Notes: generated by a model not told the origin, from the sequence alone. A stretch of DNA of 34,140 nt from a virus (IMGVR_UViG_3300048801_000029:1-34140); one strand, 5' to 3'. Numbered from the stretch's first letter, positions 15,881-26,218 are shown. Program-made: numbers and translations.

Positions 15881-16441
15881 CTAGTTCCCGATCCAACGAA
15901 TGTTCAGGTAGTTTGCGCCGACGGGAGTCACCAGGGTGAGCGCGCCACCGGAGGTCTGCAACCCCCACGCCTCCAAGTAGTCGTTGGCGGCCATGGAGAT
16001 GTAGCCGTGCGCCTCCAAGTAGCAGGTGTCCGTAGCCGTCGGTGCGTACGCGATGCCCGTCGATAGGACCACATTCCCGGGGACGAAAGACCCAGCCGAG
16101 TTCTTCGTGATGTCCAGTAGGCGCCTGCCCGTCGCGTTCGGCGTCCAGCCTAGGCGCGCCTCAATGCGGTACGTCCCCGGCGTGGTCGCGATGACGCGTG
16201 AGTTGTTGGTCGTGTTGTCGTGCATCGCGCCGTCCCAAGTGGCTCCTGTATCAAAATCCTCAGACGCGAAGGGGACGATGGCGCGGACGGTGTTCGCGTA
16301 ACTGGTCCCAGCGACGTTCGTGGCCTGCACCTGCGGTGGGTTCATGAGGAATTGGATGGCCGTCACGGGGTTGTTGTACCGGGTCGCGGTGAGGATGTCA
16401 CCTGACGCCAGGTAGGGCACGGTGGGCGGGTAAAGGGCCAT
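15881..16441 (-). CDS. Minor tail / receptor-binding protein
   Basis: Beta-rich with a TPGTYRIEA motif; last structural gene; ATG 16441 with RBS GGGAG. Confidence 0.65.
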   Translation of the reverse strand: MALYPPTVPYLASGDILTATRYNNPVTAIQFLMNPPQVQATNVAGTSYANTVRAIVPFASEDFDTGATWDGAMHDNTTNNSRVIATTPGTYRIEARLGWTPNATGRRLLDITKNSAGSFVPGNVVLSTGIAYAPTATDTCYLEAHGYISMAANDYLEAWGLQTSGGALTLVTPVGANYLNIRWIGN

Positions 16442-16442
16442 G

Positions 16443-18617
16443 TCAGATGCTCCCAAGTGCCGATGTGAAGTACACGTTAATGGATTCGTTGGACGAATGC
16501 GAGCGCGCCACGGAGGGCGCCACGCCGCGCGAAGTGACAGTGAGGGTCTGCGGGGAAACGGCGCTCGCCGGCGCCGACGTTACCGTCACATACTCCCCAT
16601 TCCAGTCGAAACCCATGGGGTACGCCCCGGCATCCACGGTGAGGGGCGACCCCGCTGTCGTCGTGACAACGATCGTCCCGTTGCCCGTCGACCCGACCGC
16701 CGTACCGGAGGTGACGGTCATGCCACCCACGTCGGCGGCCAGGCGGCCCCGCGCCGTGTCATCGAGGACAGCGCGTGCCGGCGCGTCGGCGGGAGTCAAG
16801 TCCAGCAGGAGCTTCACCTGCGAATCCCGAGTGATGGTTTCCGTCCAACCGGCCAAATAGCCGTCCCGGTAGGTGAAGCCGACCAGGGCGCTCGGCAGCC
16901 CGGTCAGCCGGACCCGTTGCCCCGGCTGGAGGGCGACGAACGCACCCCACAGGTTCGTCACGCTGGTCGCCAGGTTCACGCCCACCGAACTCCACCTGGC
17001 CATCGTGGAACGGTTCAGTACCTTCCCCGCCGCCGACGCCGCCTGAGCGATGGTCGGTGTGCACAGTTCGGTTGACTCCTCCCGAACCTGCCCACCCGCC
17101 GCCTCCGCCACAGTGTTGACGACCGTGACGGACCCGACCAGGCTGCTCGCGGTCACACGCGTCGGGAACGAATTCACGGTCCGGGTGATGGTCAGGGGCG
17201 CCACTCCCAGGTCCTCATCGATGGGGGATGTGACGGTGAAGGACACCGCCGTGGGGTCGGTGCTCCTGTAGTCCCTGAAGTTGACCGTACCCAGTTCGGC
17301 GGCAACCGCATCGAAGTCCTCGAGCACTGTCAACGACCCTGATCGGGCAACCGTGTCGATCAGGGTCAACCCGCCGACACCTTTCGTCGGCTGGTAGGTG
17401 TACCTCACGGTGTTGTCGTCAGTGAAAGTCTGCGAGATGATCGACCCGCCCACCTTCACGGGCCACGCCAGGACGGAGGCCGAAGTGTGGGCGGCCGTAT
17501 GGTCCAGCAGGGAGGCGTAGCCGGACGTGATTCCCACGCTGATACCGGACACCTGCATGGCCGGGCAGCGGGTCTGTTTGCCGACCTGCTGCCACGCCGG
17601 CACGGACCCGCCGAACATCACATACCGGGTCAGGTCCAGGCGTAACCCGGCGAACGAACCGGACCAGAGGGACGGGCGAATAACATGGTCGGGGGCGTAA
17701 ACGGCATTCGCCCCATCCCAGTACATGTACAGGGTTCGCCACGCCCCATCGCCGTCGATCGCCCCACTGGTGGACACGGATACGGCCAGTTCATCACCGA
17801 ACTGCAGGATGGTGTGCCCCGCCGAGTAGGTCATCTTCCACGTCCACAACCACCGGCCAGTCACGTCATACCCGGCGGCAAGGTGCAGGTCGCCGGCGGC
17901 CGCCGACGCCGTGGACGAGTACTGGAAACCCAGCGAAACATTAGCCCCCAGGGCCTGACCCAAGTCGAGGGCGAGGACCGATCCGAGCCCAGTGTCGGCG
18001 GGGGCCAGCGCCAGACCAGCCGGCATCAGGGGCAGCACCGTCGCCGCCGACACTGATCCGGCCTGCGAAACATGGTCAACTTTGGATAGGGTCGCGTACC
18101 CTCCGAAACTGGTTCGCTTCCTGGAGTTCTTGAACTGGCTGGCCCCCTGCGGGTCGTCCAGCTCGAAGGCGTCACCTCGGGCACTCGTCAAGTCCAGATC
18201 CGACAAGGCGGAAGCGATGTACATGTTCCCTGAGGGGGTCTGCTCCGTGGCGGCCAGGGCGCTGATACAACTGACCTTCACGAACGCCCCCGGGGAGTCC
18301 AGGGGGTCCGCGACCCATTCCTGAGTCAGCCCCTTGAACCGGTACGTCCATGCCCCTGAGGGGAGTCGCACCGAGTAGCGTACGAGGGCGCGGTCCGTGA
18401 CGTTCGGGTAGTACGGGGACAGCGGGTTATCCGGTGTCAGGTACCCGTCATCATTCCTGAGGGCCGCGATCTCCAGGCTGCAACCCTGCAACGGGTCGAA
18501 CTCGGTGGTCCGGTACTTGCGGATCGAGATGTCACATTCGACTCGACTCGTCAAGTCAACCCAGGTGACGCCGTCGAAACTGACTTCCAGTAGGCTCCCC
18601 AGGATCAGGCCGCTCAC
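16443..18617 (-). CDS. Minor tail (baseplate hub-like) protein
   Basis: Follows the tape measure gene; WVDLTSRV...LRNDDGYLTPDNPLSPYYPNV N-terminus typical of actinophage minor tails. Confidence 0.75.
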   Translation of the reverse strand: MSGLILGSLLEVSFDGVTWVDLTSRVECDISIRKYRTTEFDPLQGCSLEIAALRNDDGYLTPDNPLSPYYPNVTDRALVRYSVRLPSGAWTYRFKGLTQEWVADPLDSPGAFVKVSCISALAATEQTPSGNMYIASALSDLDLTSARGDAFELDDPQGASQFKNSRKRTSFGGYATLSKVDHVSQAGSVSAATVLPLMPAGLALAPADTGLGSVLALDLGQALGANVSLGFQYSSTASAAAGDLHLAAGYDVTGRWLWTWKMTYSAGHTILQFGDELAVSVSTSGAIDGDGAWRTLYMYWDGANAVYAPDHVIRPSLWSGSFAGLRLDLTRYVMFGGSVPAWQQVGKQTRCPAMQVSGISVGITSGYASLLDHTAAHTSASVLAWPVKVGGSIISQTFTDDNTVRYTYQPTKGVGGLTLIDTVARSGSLTVLEDFDAVAAELGTVNFRDYRSTDPTAVSFTVTSPIDEDLGVAPLTITRTVNSFPTRVTASSLVGSVTVVNTVAEAAGGQVREESTELCTPTIAQAASAAGKVLNRSTMARWSSVGVNLATSVTNLWGAFVALQPGQRVRLTGLPSALVGFTYRDGYLAGWTETITRDSQVKLLLDLTPADAPARAVLDDTARGRLAADVGGMTVTSGTAVGSTGNGTIVVTTTAGSPLTVDAGAYPMGFDWNGEYVTVTSAPASAVSPQTLTVTSRGVAPSVARSHSSNESINVYFTSALGSI

Positions 18618-20647
18618 GAGAACGCCCCCTTCGGGATGCGGAACCCTTGCGCTTTCGCGGTGGACACGCCCTGGACGACGGCGCTCGTCAAGTCACGGGC
18701 GTTCGACAGCATCCCGTTCACACTGACGTTCACGACCAGGGCACTCCCGCCCCCAGTGCCGAGCAGGCCGGCGACGCTCCCGGGGATGGCTTTCTGGCCG
18801 GCGAGCATGGAGTTGGATAGGACGAATTCGCCACCGTGCACGGTTGCCGGCTGCGGACCCGAACCTGACACCCAGCCGCCGTCGGCATAGGCTCTGACCT
18901 TGCTGGACGACATTGCGCGGGGGGCGGTGTCCCCGCCCTTCACGAGTTTCTGAGACCCACCCGTGCCATCGGCGCCGGTTATGTAGTTGTAGATTCCGCC
19001 GGCTGCGTCGATTGCCCTGTTCGCGGCGTCGGCCTTGTCGGCCAGCCAGCTATACGCCTGGGCTACCAGGCTGACAGCCTCCAGTAGGGCGAATAGGAGA
19101 GCTGTCGCAGTCGCCAGGGCTGCCACAAATGTGGATCCAGTGAAGATCAGGATCAACTTCCCGACCCTCTCCAGCAGCTTGTCGATCTGGGCCCTGTTGT
19201 CCCTATACGTGCTGCTCAGGTCGTCCCATGCCTTCTTAAGCACCCCGCCGGCAATGTCAGTCGCCCGCTGCATGACGGGGAGCAGTTTCTCCTCCCAGAA
19301 CTTCGCCAAGTCCTTGGCAATCTTGTGCAGGAACTCAAATTTCTCCCACGCCTTCTTCACGGCCACACCCACAGCCACGATGGCCGCGATGGCCAGGAGG
19401 ATCTCCCAGGTGGCGATGACGAACGCGGTCACCAGGACGCCGGCCGCGACGGCGAACGTCGCGACCAGGTAGTCGGCGAGTTCCTGCGCTTTCTTCTTCG
19501 ATGTCCCTAGCCCGTCGGCGAACTTCGTGACCCTCTCGACCACCTTGTCGAACATGGGCAACAGCGCCTCGCCGACACGCGTCTTCAAGGTGTCGATGGC
19601 GGCCGTGAACTTCTCCACCTTCACGCGGGAAGTCTGCTTCGTGATCTCCCACGCCGCCGTCGGGTTCTTCATGGCCTTATCGAGGGCGTCATACGTTTCC
19701 ATGAACTTTGCGAACTGGTCTTCGAGGACGGTCGGCGCCATGCCGGCCTTCTTGCCGAAGATATCGGTGAAGACGCCACCGACCTCCTTCGCCTTCACAC
19801 CGGCCTTGACCATCTTGTCATGCAGCATGCTGAAAGTGGCCTCAAGGCCGTTCTCAGCCATCATCTTGCTCAGGTCCTTGCCGTCCAGTCCGAGGCGCTT
19901 CAGGGCGGCGCCGGCGGTCGCGACCGGCTTGCTCAGGGCCTGCGCCATCATGCGGAGCGCCGTGGCGGCCTTGCTTCCCTTGTTCAGGTTGTCACCCATG
20001 AGCGCGACGGCCGCACCCACGTCGAGGGCGCTCCAGCCGAACGTTTTCAGCACGGGGATGGCGCCACCCTCCAGGGTGCTCACCAGGTCACTCATACGCA
20101 TGTCACCGGTACCGACAACCGCATTCGCCCAGTTCATGGCGTCCGCGTAGCTGTTGATCCCGGGCAGTCCGGCGAGCATCACGGCGCCCATCGCATTCGT
20201 GGTCGACTCAAGGTCGCTCATGCCGACCTGGGAGCCTTGGGCGGCGACCTTCAGTGCCTCCAGGGCCTGGGGCGCCGTCATGCCGAACTTCGCGAACGTT
20301 GACTCGATGTGATATAGAGCCTGGGCGAGAGAGTCGGGCGCGAAGCCGACCTTGCTGGCGAGGTTCAGGATGCCGTCGTGCAGGGCACCGATCTGGTCCT
20401 GGGGGACGCGGGCCTGCGTCACCATGAGCGTCATCTGGTCCTGGAAGGACATGGCGGCCTTGATGCTGCTGACGCCTATCGCGGCCGTCGCCCCCGCCAC
20501 AATCCCGGCGGCCCCCACAATCGTCTTGCCGAGAGCGGCGACCTTACTGCCGGTCCTCTCGGCGACAGCACCGGCTTCCGCCAGCTTCGCCGACAACATG
20601 TCATGCCCGATGAGGTTTACGACCACATCACGAACACCAGCGGCCAC
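18614..20647 (-). CDS. Tape measure protein
   Basis: 677 aa, Ala-rich and helical; GSKAATALR and IFGK motifs; hydrophobic segments; ADGG...GEFVL C-terminal motif. Confidence 0.9.
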   Translation of the reverse strand: MAAGVRDVVVNLIGHDMLSAKLAEAGAVAERTGSKVAALGKTIVGAAGIVAGATAAIGVSSIKAAMSFQDQMTLMVTQARVPQDQIGALHDGILNLASKVGFAPDSLAQALYHIESTFAKFGMTAPQALEALKVAAQGSQVGMSDLESTTNAMGAVMLAGLPGINSYADAMNWANAVVGTGDMRMSDLVSTLEGGAIPVLKTFGWSALDVGAAVALMGDNLNKGSKAATALRMMAQALSKPVATAGAALKRLGLDGKDLSKMMAENGLEATFSMLHDKMVKAGVKAKEVGGVFTDIFGKKAGMAPTVLEDQFAKFMETYDALDKAMKNPTAAWEITKQTSRVKVEKFTAAIDTLKTRVGEALLPMFDKVVERVTKFADGLGTSKKKAQELADYLVATFAVAAGVLVTAFVIATWEILLAIAAIVAVGVAVKKAWEKFEFLHKIAKDLAKFWEEKLLPVMQRATDIAGGVLKKAWDDLSSTYRDNRAQIDKLLERVGKLILIFTGSTFVAALATATALLFALLEAVSLVAQAYSWLADKADAANRAIDAAGGIYNYITGADGTGGSQKLVKGGDTAPRAMSSSKVRAYADGGWVSGSGPQPATVHGGEFVLSNSMLAGQKAIPGSVAGLLGTGGGSALVVNVSVNGMLSNARDLTSAVVQGVSTAKAQGFRIPKGAFS

Positions 20648-20653
20648 GCCGGA

Positions 20654-21154
20654 TCACCTCCCCCTTGCGTAGAACTTCGCGACCGCCACGGCCACGGCCC
20701 GCTCCGCGCCGGCAAGCACTTCGGGGCGCGCCTTCTCCACGGCCCTGGCGAACCACCCCGGTTGGACGCGGTTCGTCCACCACTTCTTACGGTCCCCGTA
20801 GACGGGGTGGCGGACCATGCCCCGGTCCATCTTCGACAGGCCAACCGTCGCGATACCCCGATCCGGGGCCGTGCCTTGCTTCGTACCCCGAATGCGTACG
20901 GCGATGCTCCCCGCCGCCTTCGCCGTGACGTTCGTCCTGACCGTCCACTTCGTACCCGAGGCGACGTACTCGTTCAAGCCACCACCCCGGGGCAAGGTCC
21001 GGCGCGCGTTCTCCTTCGCGTCCTTGATGGCCGGGTTGGCGGACGCGCGCAGGTTCCTCAGCATCTCCCGTCGAATGTCGACGGCGCCCATCTCCCTCAA
21101 GTCCCGGGCCAACAACTGGAGGTCACGCTGGATGGGGGTGCCACCTCTAGCCAT
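20654..21154 (-). CDS. Putative tail-completion protein (HK97 gp10-like)
   Basis: Basic 166-aa protein with RHPVYG and PGWFARAVE motifs; ATG 21154. Confidence 0.6.
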   Translation of the reverse strand: MARGGTPIQRDLQLLARDLREMGAVDIRREMLRNLRASANPAIKDAKENARRTLPRGGGLNEYVASGTKWTVRTNVTAKAAGSIAVRIRGTKQGTAPDRGIATVGLSKMDRGMVRHPVYGDRKKWWTNRVQPGWFARAVEKARPEVLAGAERAVAVAVAKFYARGR

Positions 21155-21350
21155 TCTGTGACTCCCTCCAGGCGGTGGCCCCACGGACCAGGTCGACGAA
21201 CTCGTTGTAGGGCAGTTTGCGCAAGTTGAACGGGGTTATCCCGGGGAAGAGCCGGAAGATACTGAGCTTGTGCTCCGCGATCGCCCGGCTGACGTCCGGG
21301 TACGGGAAGACTTCTTGTGGTCTTGGGGTTCGCCCCTCCGGGGAGGGTTT
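21147..21350 (-). CDS. -1 frameshift extension of the tail assembly chaperone (gpGT-like)
   Basis: A AAC CCT heptamer at 21350-21344. The -1 frame is open through ...IAEHKLSIFRLFPGITPFNLRKLPYNEFVDLV...SQNG to TAG at 21147. Confidence 0.75.
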   Translation of the reverse strand, partial: KPSPEGRTPRPQEVFPYPDVSRAIAEHKLSIFRLFPGITPFNLRKLPYNEFVDLVRGATAWRESQNG

Positions 21351-21670
21351 GCGGACTCGTCGCCCTCCTCCAGCTCAGTGCACTCCATCAGCACATCGCC
21401 GGGGATCTGCCGGATCTCCGCCCACTTCACATCGACGCCGGCCTGGCGGAACGATGCCCAGACGTGCGCTGTGATGGCGCGACGGAAGTCAAGGTCAAGC
21501 ATTCCGTCACTCTGCTTGCCCCGAGTATCGCTCATGATCTCGTAGACCCGGGCCATGGTGATGCCGGCGATAGCCTCCAGATCTTCCATCACCTCAAGGC
21601 TGGCCTGCTGTGGGGCGATCAGCTTGCAGGACACGGTGCCCAGCTCTTTGAGTTCCAGTGTGACCTTCAT
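21236..21670 (-). CDS. Tail assembly chaperone (gpG-like)
   Basis: Lies after the tail tube gene; ends in a Ser/Arg-rich tail following a slippery heptamer. Confidence 0.75.
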   Translation of the reverse strand: MKVTLELKELGTVSCKLIAPQQASLEVMEDLEAIAGITMARVYEIMSDTRGKQSDGMLDLDFRRAITAHVWASFRQAGVDVKWAEIRQIPGDVLMECTELEEGDESANPPRRGEPQDHKKSSRTRTSAGRSRSTSSVSSGSSPG

Positions 21671-21709
21671 AGGGTCCCCCTCATTCTGCGTGTTGGGTTA
21701 TTGGGCGAA

Positions 21710-22996
21710 CTAGACAGTGGTATCGGCGGACTGGTACATGACCTGGGCGTACCCGTTGGTGCCGTCGTCCAGGGCGGTAAAGGACGCCTTCACCTTCACA
21801 ATGTCCGGGCCGCTGACCTGCGGGGACAGGGTGTCCTCCCAGGCCGTTTCGGGCAGGTAGACTTGGATGGTCGGGTAGTAGGTGCTGGCGATGGCGACGG
21901 GCAGTTGCCACTTGAAGACCAGCGCGCCATGCCGGTCGGCCTGGTACTGGTCGTAGGCGGCCCGGGACGGGAACTCGAACTCAATGTCCCCGCTGATCTC
22001 CCGGAAGTCGTTCTCGACCTGCTCACCCTTGGTTTTCGTCCCGGCGAAGAACCGGTCAGTGGCCAGCCCATTCTTGCCCTTGATTGACACGTTGGTGACG
22101 GTGGCCAGAGACCGGCCGCCAGTGTTCGTCCACAGGCTGGAGACAACCGAGGTGGTGCCACCGGACGTGATGGTCAGGTCGCTGAAGTTGAACAGGGTCG
22201 CGGTCGTCGAGTAGGACGCGGTGGCCTTCGCGGCGGCCGCCGTGGCGACGGTGGGGAGGTTCGAACCGACGGTCTCACCGGACAAGTGGGCGTACACCAG
22301 GTTGGTGGTCAGTGGGATGGTGTACGGGCCAGCGCCCGACGGGGCGCCAGTGGTCGCGTACTCGATCGTCCCGGACAGGGTCCCGATCATGATGAGCGAC
22401 CCGGATGGGATGCTGGCGACAGTGCTGATGGAGGAGGCGCCGGCGATGGCCCCAGTCGACAGCGTGGTCGGGGTGACGCCCTGCGATTCGGTGATCTCGT
22501 CGGCGGCGTCCAGCTTCAGCTTCACCTCAAGCAGGCCGCCGGCCTTGCAGGTCAGTTCCCAGTCCGCGACCTTGCAGCCCGGGTAGGTGAAGGGGTGCGC
22601 CCAGCCGTCAATGGACGGGGCGACCTTCTGCATCGTGAAGGACTTGCCAGCGTTAGACCCGAAGTTGTGGATCTGCTGGTACGCGGCGGACCCGCCCTGC
22701 TGGATGGCGGTCGCGGTGTGCGACCCGACCATGTGCTGCAACCACAACCCAAAACCACTGGTCGGCAGCTCGAACGTGACGTCACCCTCAGCCATGCGTT
22801 GCGTGAGGATACGTCGCACACCCCGAACGGCCATGGCTCCGGCGCGCAACCCTTTCGACTGGGCGATGGAGCGCTTCAGCGCCATGCCCTCAGACAGGAA
22901 CTCGACAAACCGGGTGGTGGCGACGGGGGTGCCGAAGGTGGCTTCGGTGGCGATGCCCAACTGGGCGCCAAGCCCCGAACCGATTGTGGTGCTCAT
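21710..22996 (-). CDS. Major tail tube protein
   Basis: GSGLGAQLGIATEATFGT, FTMQK, YPGCKV and PQVSGPDIV motifs; position in the operon. Confidence 0.8.
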   Translation of the reverse strand: MSTTIGSGLGAQLGIATEATFGTPVATTRFVEFLSEGMALKRSIAQSKGLRAGAMAVRGVRRILTQRMAEGDVTFELPTSGFGLWLQHMVGSHTATAIQQGGSAAYQQIHNFGSNAGKSFTMQKVAPSIDGWAHPFTYPGCKVADWELTCKAGGLLEVKLKLDAADEITESQGVTPTTLSTGAIAGASSISTVASIPSGSLIMIGTLSGTIEYATTGAPSGAGPYTIPLTTNLVYAHLSGETVGSNLPTVATAAAAKATASYSTTATLFNFSDLTITSGGTTSVVSSLWTNTGGRSLATVTNVSIKGKNGLATDRFFAGTKTKGEQVENDFREISGDIEFEFPSRAAYDQYQADRHGALVFKWQLPVAIASTYYPTIQVYLPETAWEDTLSPQVSGPDIVKVKASFTALDDGTNGYAQVMYQSADTTV

Positions 22997-23178
22997 GCCG
23001 GGATCTCCTCGGTGTCAGCCGGCATACCCGGCTCGGTGGTCTCTACGGGCTCAAAGTCGGGACTTGCTTCCAAGGTGACGGTGGCGGAATCTGGTGCGTC
23101 GAACTCCTCACCAAACTCAATCAAACCAACCCCAACGACATCAAGGTCGCCGAGTGGGCTCACGTTCTTCCAGCGCAT
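22993..23178 (-). CDS. Small acidic hypothetical protein
   Basis: RBS AAGGAG; ATGA coupling to the tail tube gene. Confidence 0.65.
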   Translation of the reverse strand: MRWKNVSPLGDLDVVGVGLIEFGEEFDAPDSATVTLEASPDFEPVETTEPGMPADTEEIPA

Positions 23179-23190
23179 ACCAAACTCCTT

Positions 23191-23673
23191 CTACCAGATG
23201 TTAACGCACAGAACGCCGAATGTGATTGTCGCGGTACGCCCCAGACCCGCGAGGGTGTCAACGGTGGAGGTGTGCTCCACCTTCTCGCCGATGCCGACGC
23301 GGCCCTGCGTGAGGTTGCCGCCGAGGGTGATGTCGTTGCGGATGGCGTCGAGGCATCCGGCCATCACATTCCACGCCCTCATGCGCACCGGGCCAGCGTC
23401 CTCTACCGCCAGGTCCTGACACCAGATGACGCAGTGGACGGTGAAGGTCTCCTCCATCGCGGGGGGCTGGCGGCCAACCCTGGGCCAGTCCAATTCGTAG
23501 CTGACGGCCAACTCCTCGGTGAGGCTGCCCCGCCCGACGAGGACAATGGTCGCCGCGTCCGTCACCTGCGACCTGCTCTCGGCGACAATGGCCAGCGGGT
23601 CCACAGCTGCCGCCGCCGTGGCGAAAGTGGTCAGCAGGTAGTTCACGACGCCGTTCACAGCCGATACGGCCAT
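23191..23673 (-). CDS. Putative tail terminator / neck protein
   Basis: Size, position and IRNDITLGG motif. Confidence 0.65.
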   Translation of the reverse strand: MAVSAVNGVVNYLLTTFATAAAAVDPLAIVAESRSQVTDAATIVLVGRGSLTEELAVSYELDWPRVGRQPPAMEETFTVHCVIWCQDLAVEDAGPVRMRAWNVMAGCLDAIRNDITLGGNLTQGRVGIGEKVEHTSTVDTLAGLGRTATITFGVLCVNIW

Positions 23674-24551
23674 CAGGCAATCCCCCAGTCATTGACCTCG
23701 TTCTGCAGCATGTCCAGGACCGACCCCGGCATGAAGAACCCCGACCGGTGGTCGCGGTTCGTGGGCTGTTCACTCATGGCCGCGTTGATGCCCGCGCCAC
23801 CAGCCGTCATGACTTCCCAGTTGATACGAAGCAGGTCCTTCGCGGCGTGGATGACGTTCGGCGGGATCGGGTTACGTCCCGCCACGTACGTCACCGAAAC
23901 GTTGCGAACCCCGGGCAAGAACGACCCGTTCAGGCCGGAGACGCGGCGGAATAGGATGCCGCGCTCCAGGTCGACGGAGTAGCCGTAAGCGTCCAGCGCC
24001 CCCGCCGTGGTCGGGTCCTGCAAGGTGAGGGTCCGGCTGAACCCGGCGCCCGCGACCTCGATCACCGTGGTGACGGAGATGATCGGGGGGCGTAGCACCT
24101 TGATGACGTTCGACCCGCCGTTGTGCGTTTCGGTGATCGTCCTGCTCACGACGGGGCCGATGATGTTCTCAATCATGGGCGTCAGGGATAGGAGGAACGG
24201 CTGGAGTCTGGCCGCGTAGGTGTCCCGCGCCGTGGCGGGCAGGCGTAGGTGTTCCATCGCCTCGGACATGGAGATGATCAGGTACTGGGATGGGTCGACA
24301 ACGTCATGAATGGTCGTCCAGGCGGACGCATTCGCCCCCGTCGCCACCCACCTGACCGTGTACCGTCCAACCGTGGTCGGGGTGTAAGCCGAGGTGTAGA
24401 CGCCGGTCGAGGCGTGCACGACAACCGGTGTGGTCGTCGTCAGGTCGGGGAGGGTGATTGTCAGCGCCACGGCGCCGGCGTCCGCGACCAGGCCCGCCGT
24501 GTTCCTGATGGTCACCCCCAGGTCGGGGAGTGGGTTGCCGAGTTCGATCAC
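23673..24551 (-). CDS. Head-tail adaptor with N-terminal Ig-like extension
   Basis: EAMEHL...VTYVAG..IPPNVIHAA adaptor pattern; N-terminal ~85-aa beta domain (TGVYT...GRYTVRW). Confidence 0.75.
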   Translation of the reverse strand: MIELGNPLPDLGVTIRNTAGLVADAGAVALTITLPDLTTTTPVVVHASTGVYTSAYTPTTVGRYTVRWVATGANASAWTTIHDVVDPSQYLIISMSEAMEHLRLPATARDTYAARLQPFLLSLTPMIENIIGPVVSRTITETHNGGSNVIKVLRPPIISVTTVIEVAGAGFSRTLTLQDPTTAGALDAYGYSVDLERGILFRRVSGLNGSFLPGVRNVSVTYVAGRNPIPPNVIHAAKDLLRINWEVMTAGGAGINAAMSEQPTNRDHRSGFFMPGSVLDMLQNEVNDWGIA

Positions 24552-24554
24552 TGC

Positions 24555-26198
24555 TCATCCTTCCATTGTTGGCCAGGTGACGGCCGTCCAGCCGGCTGAA
24601 GCTACCGCCGGGTCCGCTACCAGGGTGCTGCCCGTAATCGAACGCCCAGCCATCACTACCACGTCAATGTCGGTGTTCGCGGTAGCCGTCGGCACCAGCG
24701 CCCACGACATTGTCCCAGTTGTCTGGTCATACAGAGCATAGGCGTAACTGCTCGCCGCGATGATCGAGTTAGCGGTCACATAGTTCGCGGCGGACGCGAG
24801 GGCGCCGGCATTCGCGGCTATCACACTGGTCGCTGTTCCACGTGAAACAACGCCAACCGTCAGCGCCCCGGAGGCCGTGATCAGGCTGCTCGCCGTGACC
24901 GTGTTCGCGGAGTTCGCGGTCGCCGAGGCGACGGCCGTGACTGCACTGGTCGCGTTGATCCCCGGGCTGCTCGCCGAAGCCGTAACGCCCCCGACCACGG
25001 TGATGTTGCTCCCGGCGGCCGTCACCGAAGTCGCGTTCGCGCTCGCCGAGGCGCCGGCGGTGATGGTGCTGCTGGCCGTGACGGAGTTCGCGCTGTTCGC
25101 CGTGGCGCTGGAGGCGGCCGTGACCACACTGCTCGCGGTGACGGAGGTCGCCACGTTCGCCGTGGCGCTGGAGGCGACACCGATCGAACTGGTCGCGGTG
25201 ACGGAGTTCGCGGAGCTGGAGGTCGCCGAGGAGGAAGCGGTGATGGTGCTGCTCGCCGTAGCGGAACTGGAGACGTTCGCGCCGGCGTTGGCGTTGGCGG
25301 TGATGGTGCTGGAGGCGTCGCCGAAGACGGCCCCGCCGGCGCCGGGGTCCTCCAGGCCAAGCCCGAACCTGGCCCCGAAGGTGTTGACCACCCACCAGCG
25401 GGCCCGGTTGTCGCGCCGGAACGGCTGGAAGCTGGCCCCGGTCAGCGTTGCCGGGCCGATCCGATTCGTGAACTGGCCGTGCCCCAGTTCGCGGGTGGTG
25501 CGGTAGGCGCGGTAGCCGGGTCCCCGCCGGCGGTTACCGACCGCGCCACCCGTCTTACCGGAGACGGTCACCTCAATGGCCGCCCACGTCATATCGACGG
25601 CCGCCGTGCCGCCCGCGTCGAGGTTCGCCGTCACCGACGTACCCGAATCCGCCCCACCCCGCCGAGCACCGGCCATCGCGGACATGAACGTGGCCGAGTG
25701 GAAAGTACTGATCGGGTTCAGGTCACTGCTCGCCGGGGCGCCCGGCGCCGTCCAGTCAGTGCACCCCACCACATACAGCGAGTAGTTGCCCGTAGCCGTG
25801 AACAGGGCGGGGCTGGAATTGTTCGTGGTCGTGTACCCGGCACCGGTAGCGCCGACGGCGACGACCTCGTTCACCGTGTACACGACGAAAGAGTGCTGGT
25901 TACCGGCCGTGAAGCCGGACGTCAGGGTGCTGGTTACGGTGACGGCACCGGTGGCGGCCTTCGACATCGTCCAGATGGTTGTCGCGCCGTTACCGGTGCC
26001 ATTCGTACCTGGATCGGAGTGGGCGCGCTCAGTCCACGTCCCACCGTCGGAACTGGTGACGGTTCCCGTGACGGACGCTGCGGCATTCGAGTCGACGTTG
26101 ACGACGGCGACGACCAGGCTGCCGGCCAACACCACGGAGGACGCGCTGGTTAGGGCCGCCGTCGTCCCGGAGGTTTGGCCGACCTGCTGGAACGACAT
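24555..26198 (-). CDS. Virion fibre-like protein with 20-aa Ala/Ser/Thr repeats
   Basis: Beta-rich N-domain, Arg-rich linker, about ten ASSxITAxxxAxAxxxxxVT repeats. Confidence 0.7.
   Translation of the reverse strand: MSFQQVGQTSGTTAALTSASSVVLAGSLVVAVVNVDSNAAASVTGTVTSSDGGTWTERAHSDPGTNGTGNGATTIWTMSKAATGAVTVTSTLTSGFTAGNQHSFVVYTVNEVVAVGATGAGYTTTNNSSPALFTATGNYSLYVVGCTDWTAPGAPASSDLNPISTFHSATFMSAMAGARRGGADSGTSVTANLDAGGTAAVDMTWAAIEVTVSGKTGGAVGNRRRGPGYRAYRTTRELGHGQFTNRIGPATLTGASFQPFRRDNRARWWVVNTFGARFGLGLEDPGAGGAVFGDASSTITANANAGANVSSSATASSTITASSSATSSSANSVTATSSIGVASSATANVATSVTASSVVTAASSATANSANSVTASSTITAGASASANATSVTAAGSNITVVGGVTASASSPGINATSAVTAVASATANSANTVTASSLITASGALTVGVVSRGTATSVIAANAGALASAANYVTANSIIAASSYAYALYDQTTGTMSWALVPTATANTDIDVVVMAGRSITGSTLVADPAVASAGWTAVTWPTMEG
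24834..24849. promoter_or_regulatory. parS site
   Basis: TGTTCCACGTGAAACA, an exact match to the chromosomal parS consensus TGTTNCACGTGAAACA. Confidence 0.8.
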
Positions 26199-26218
26199 GC
26201 ATCACCCCCTCGGGCTAC

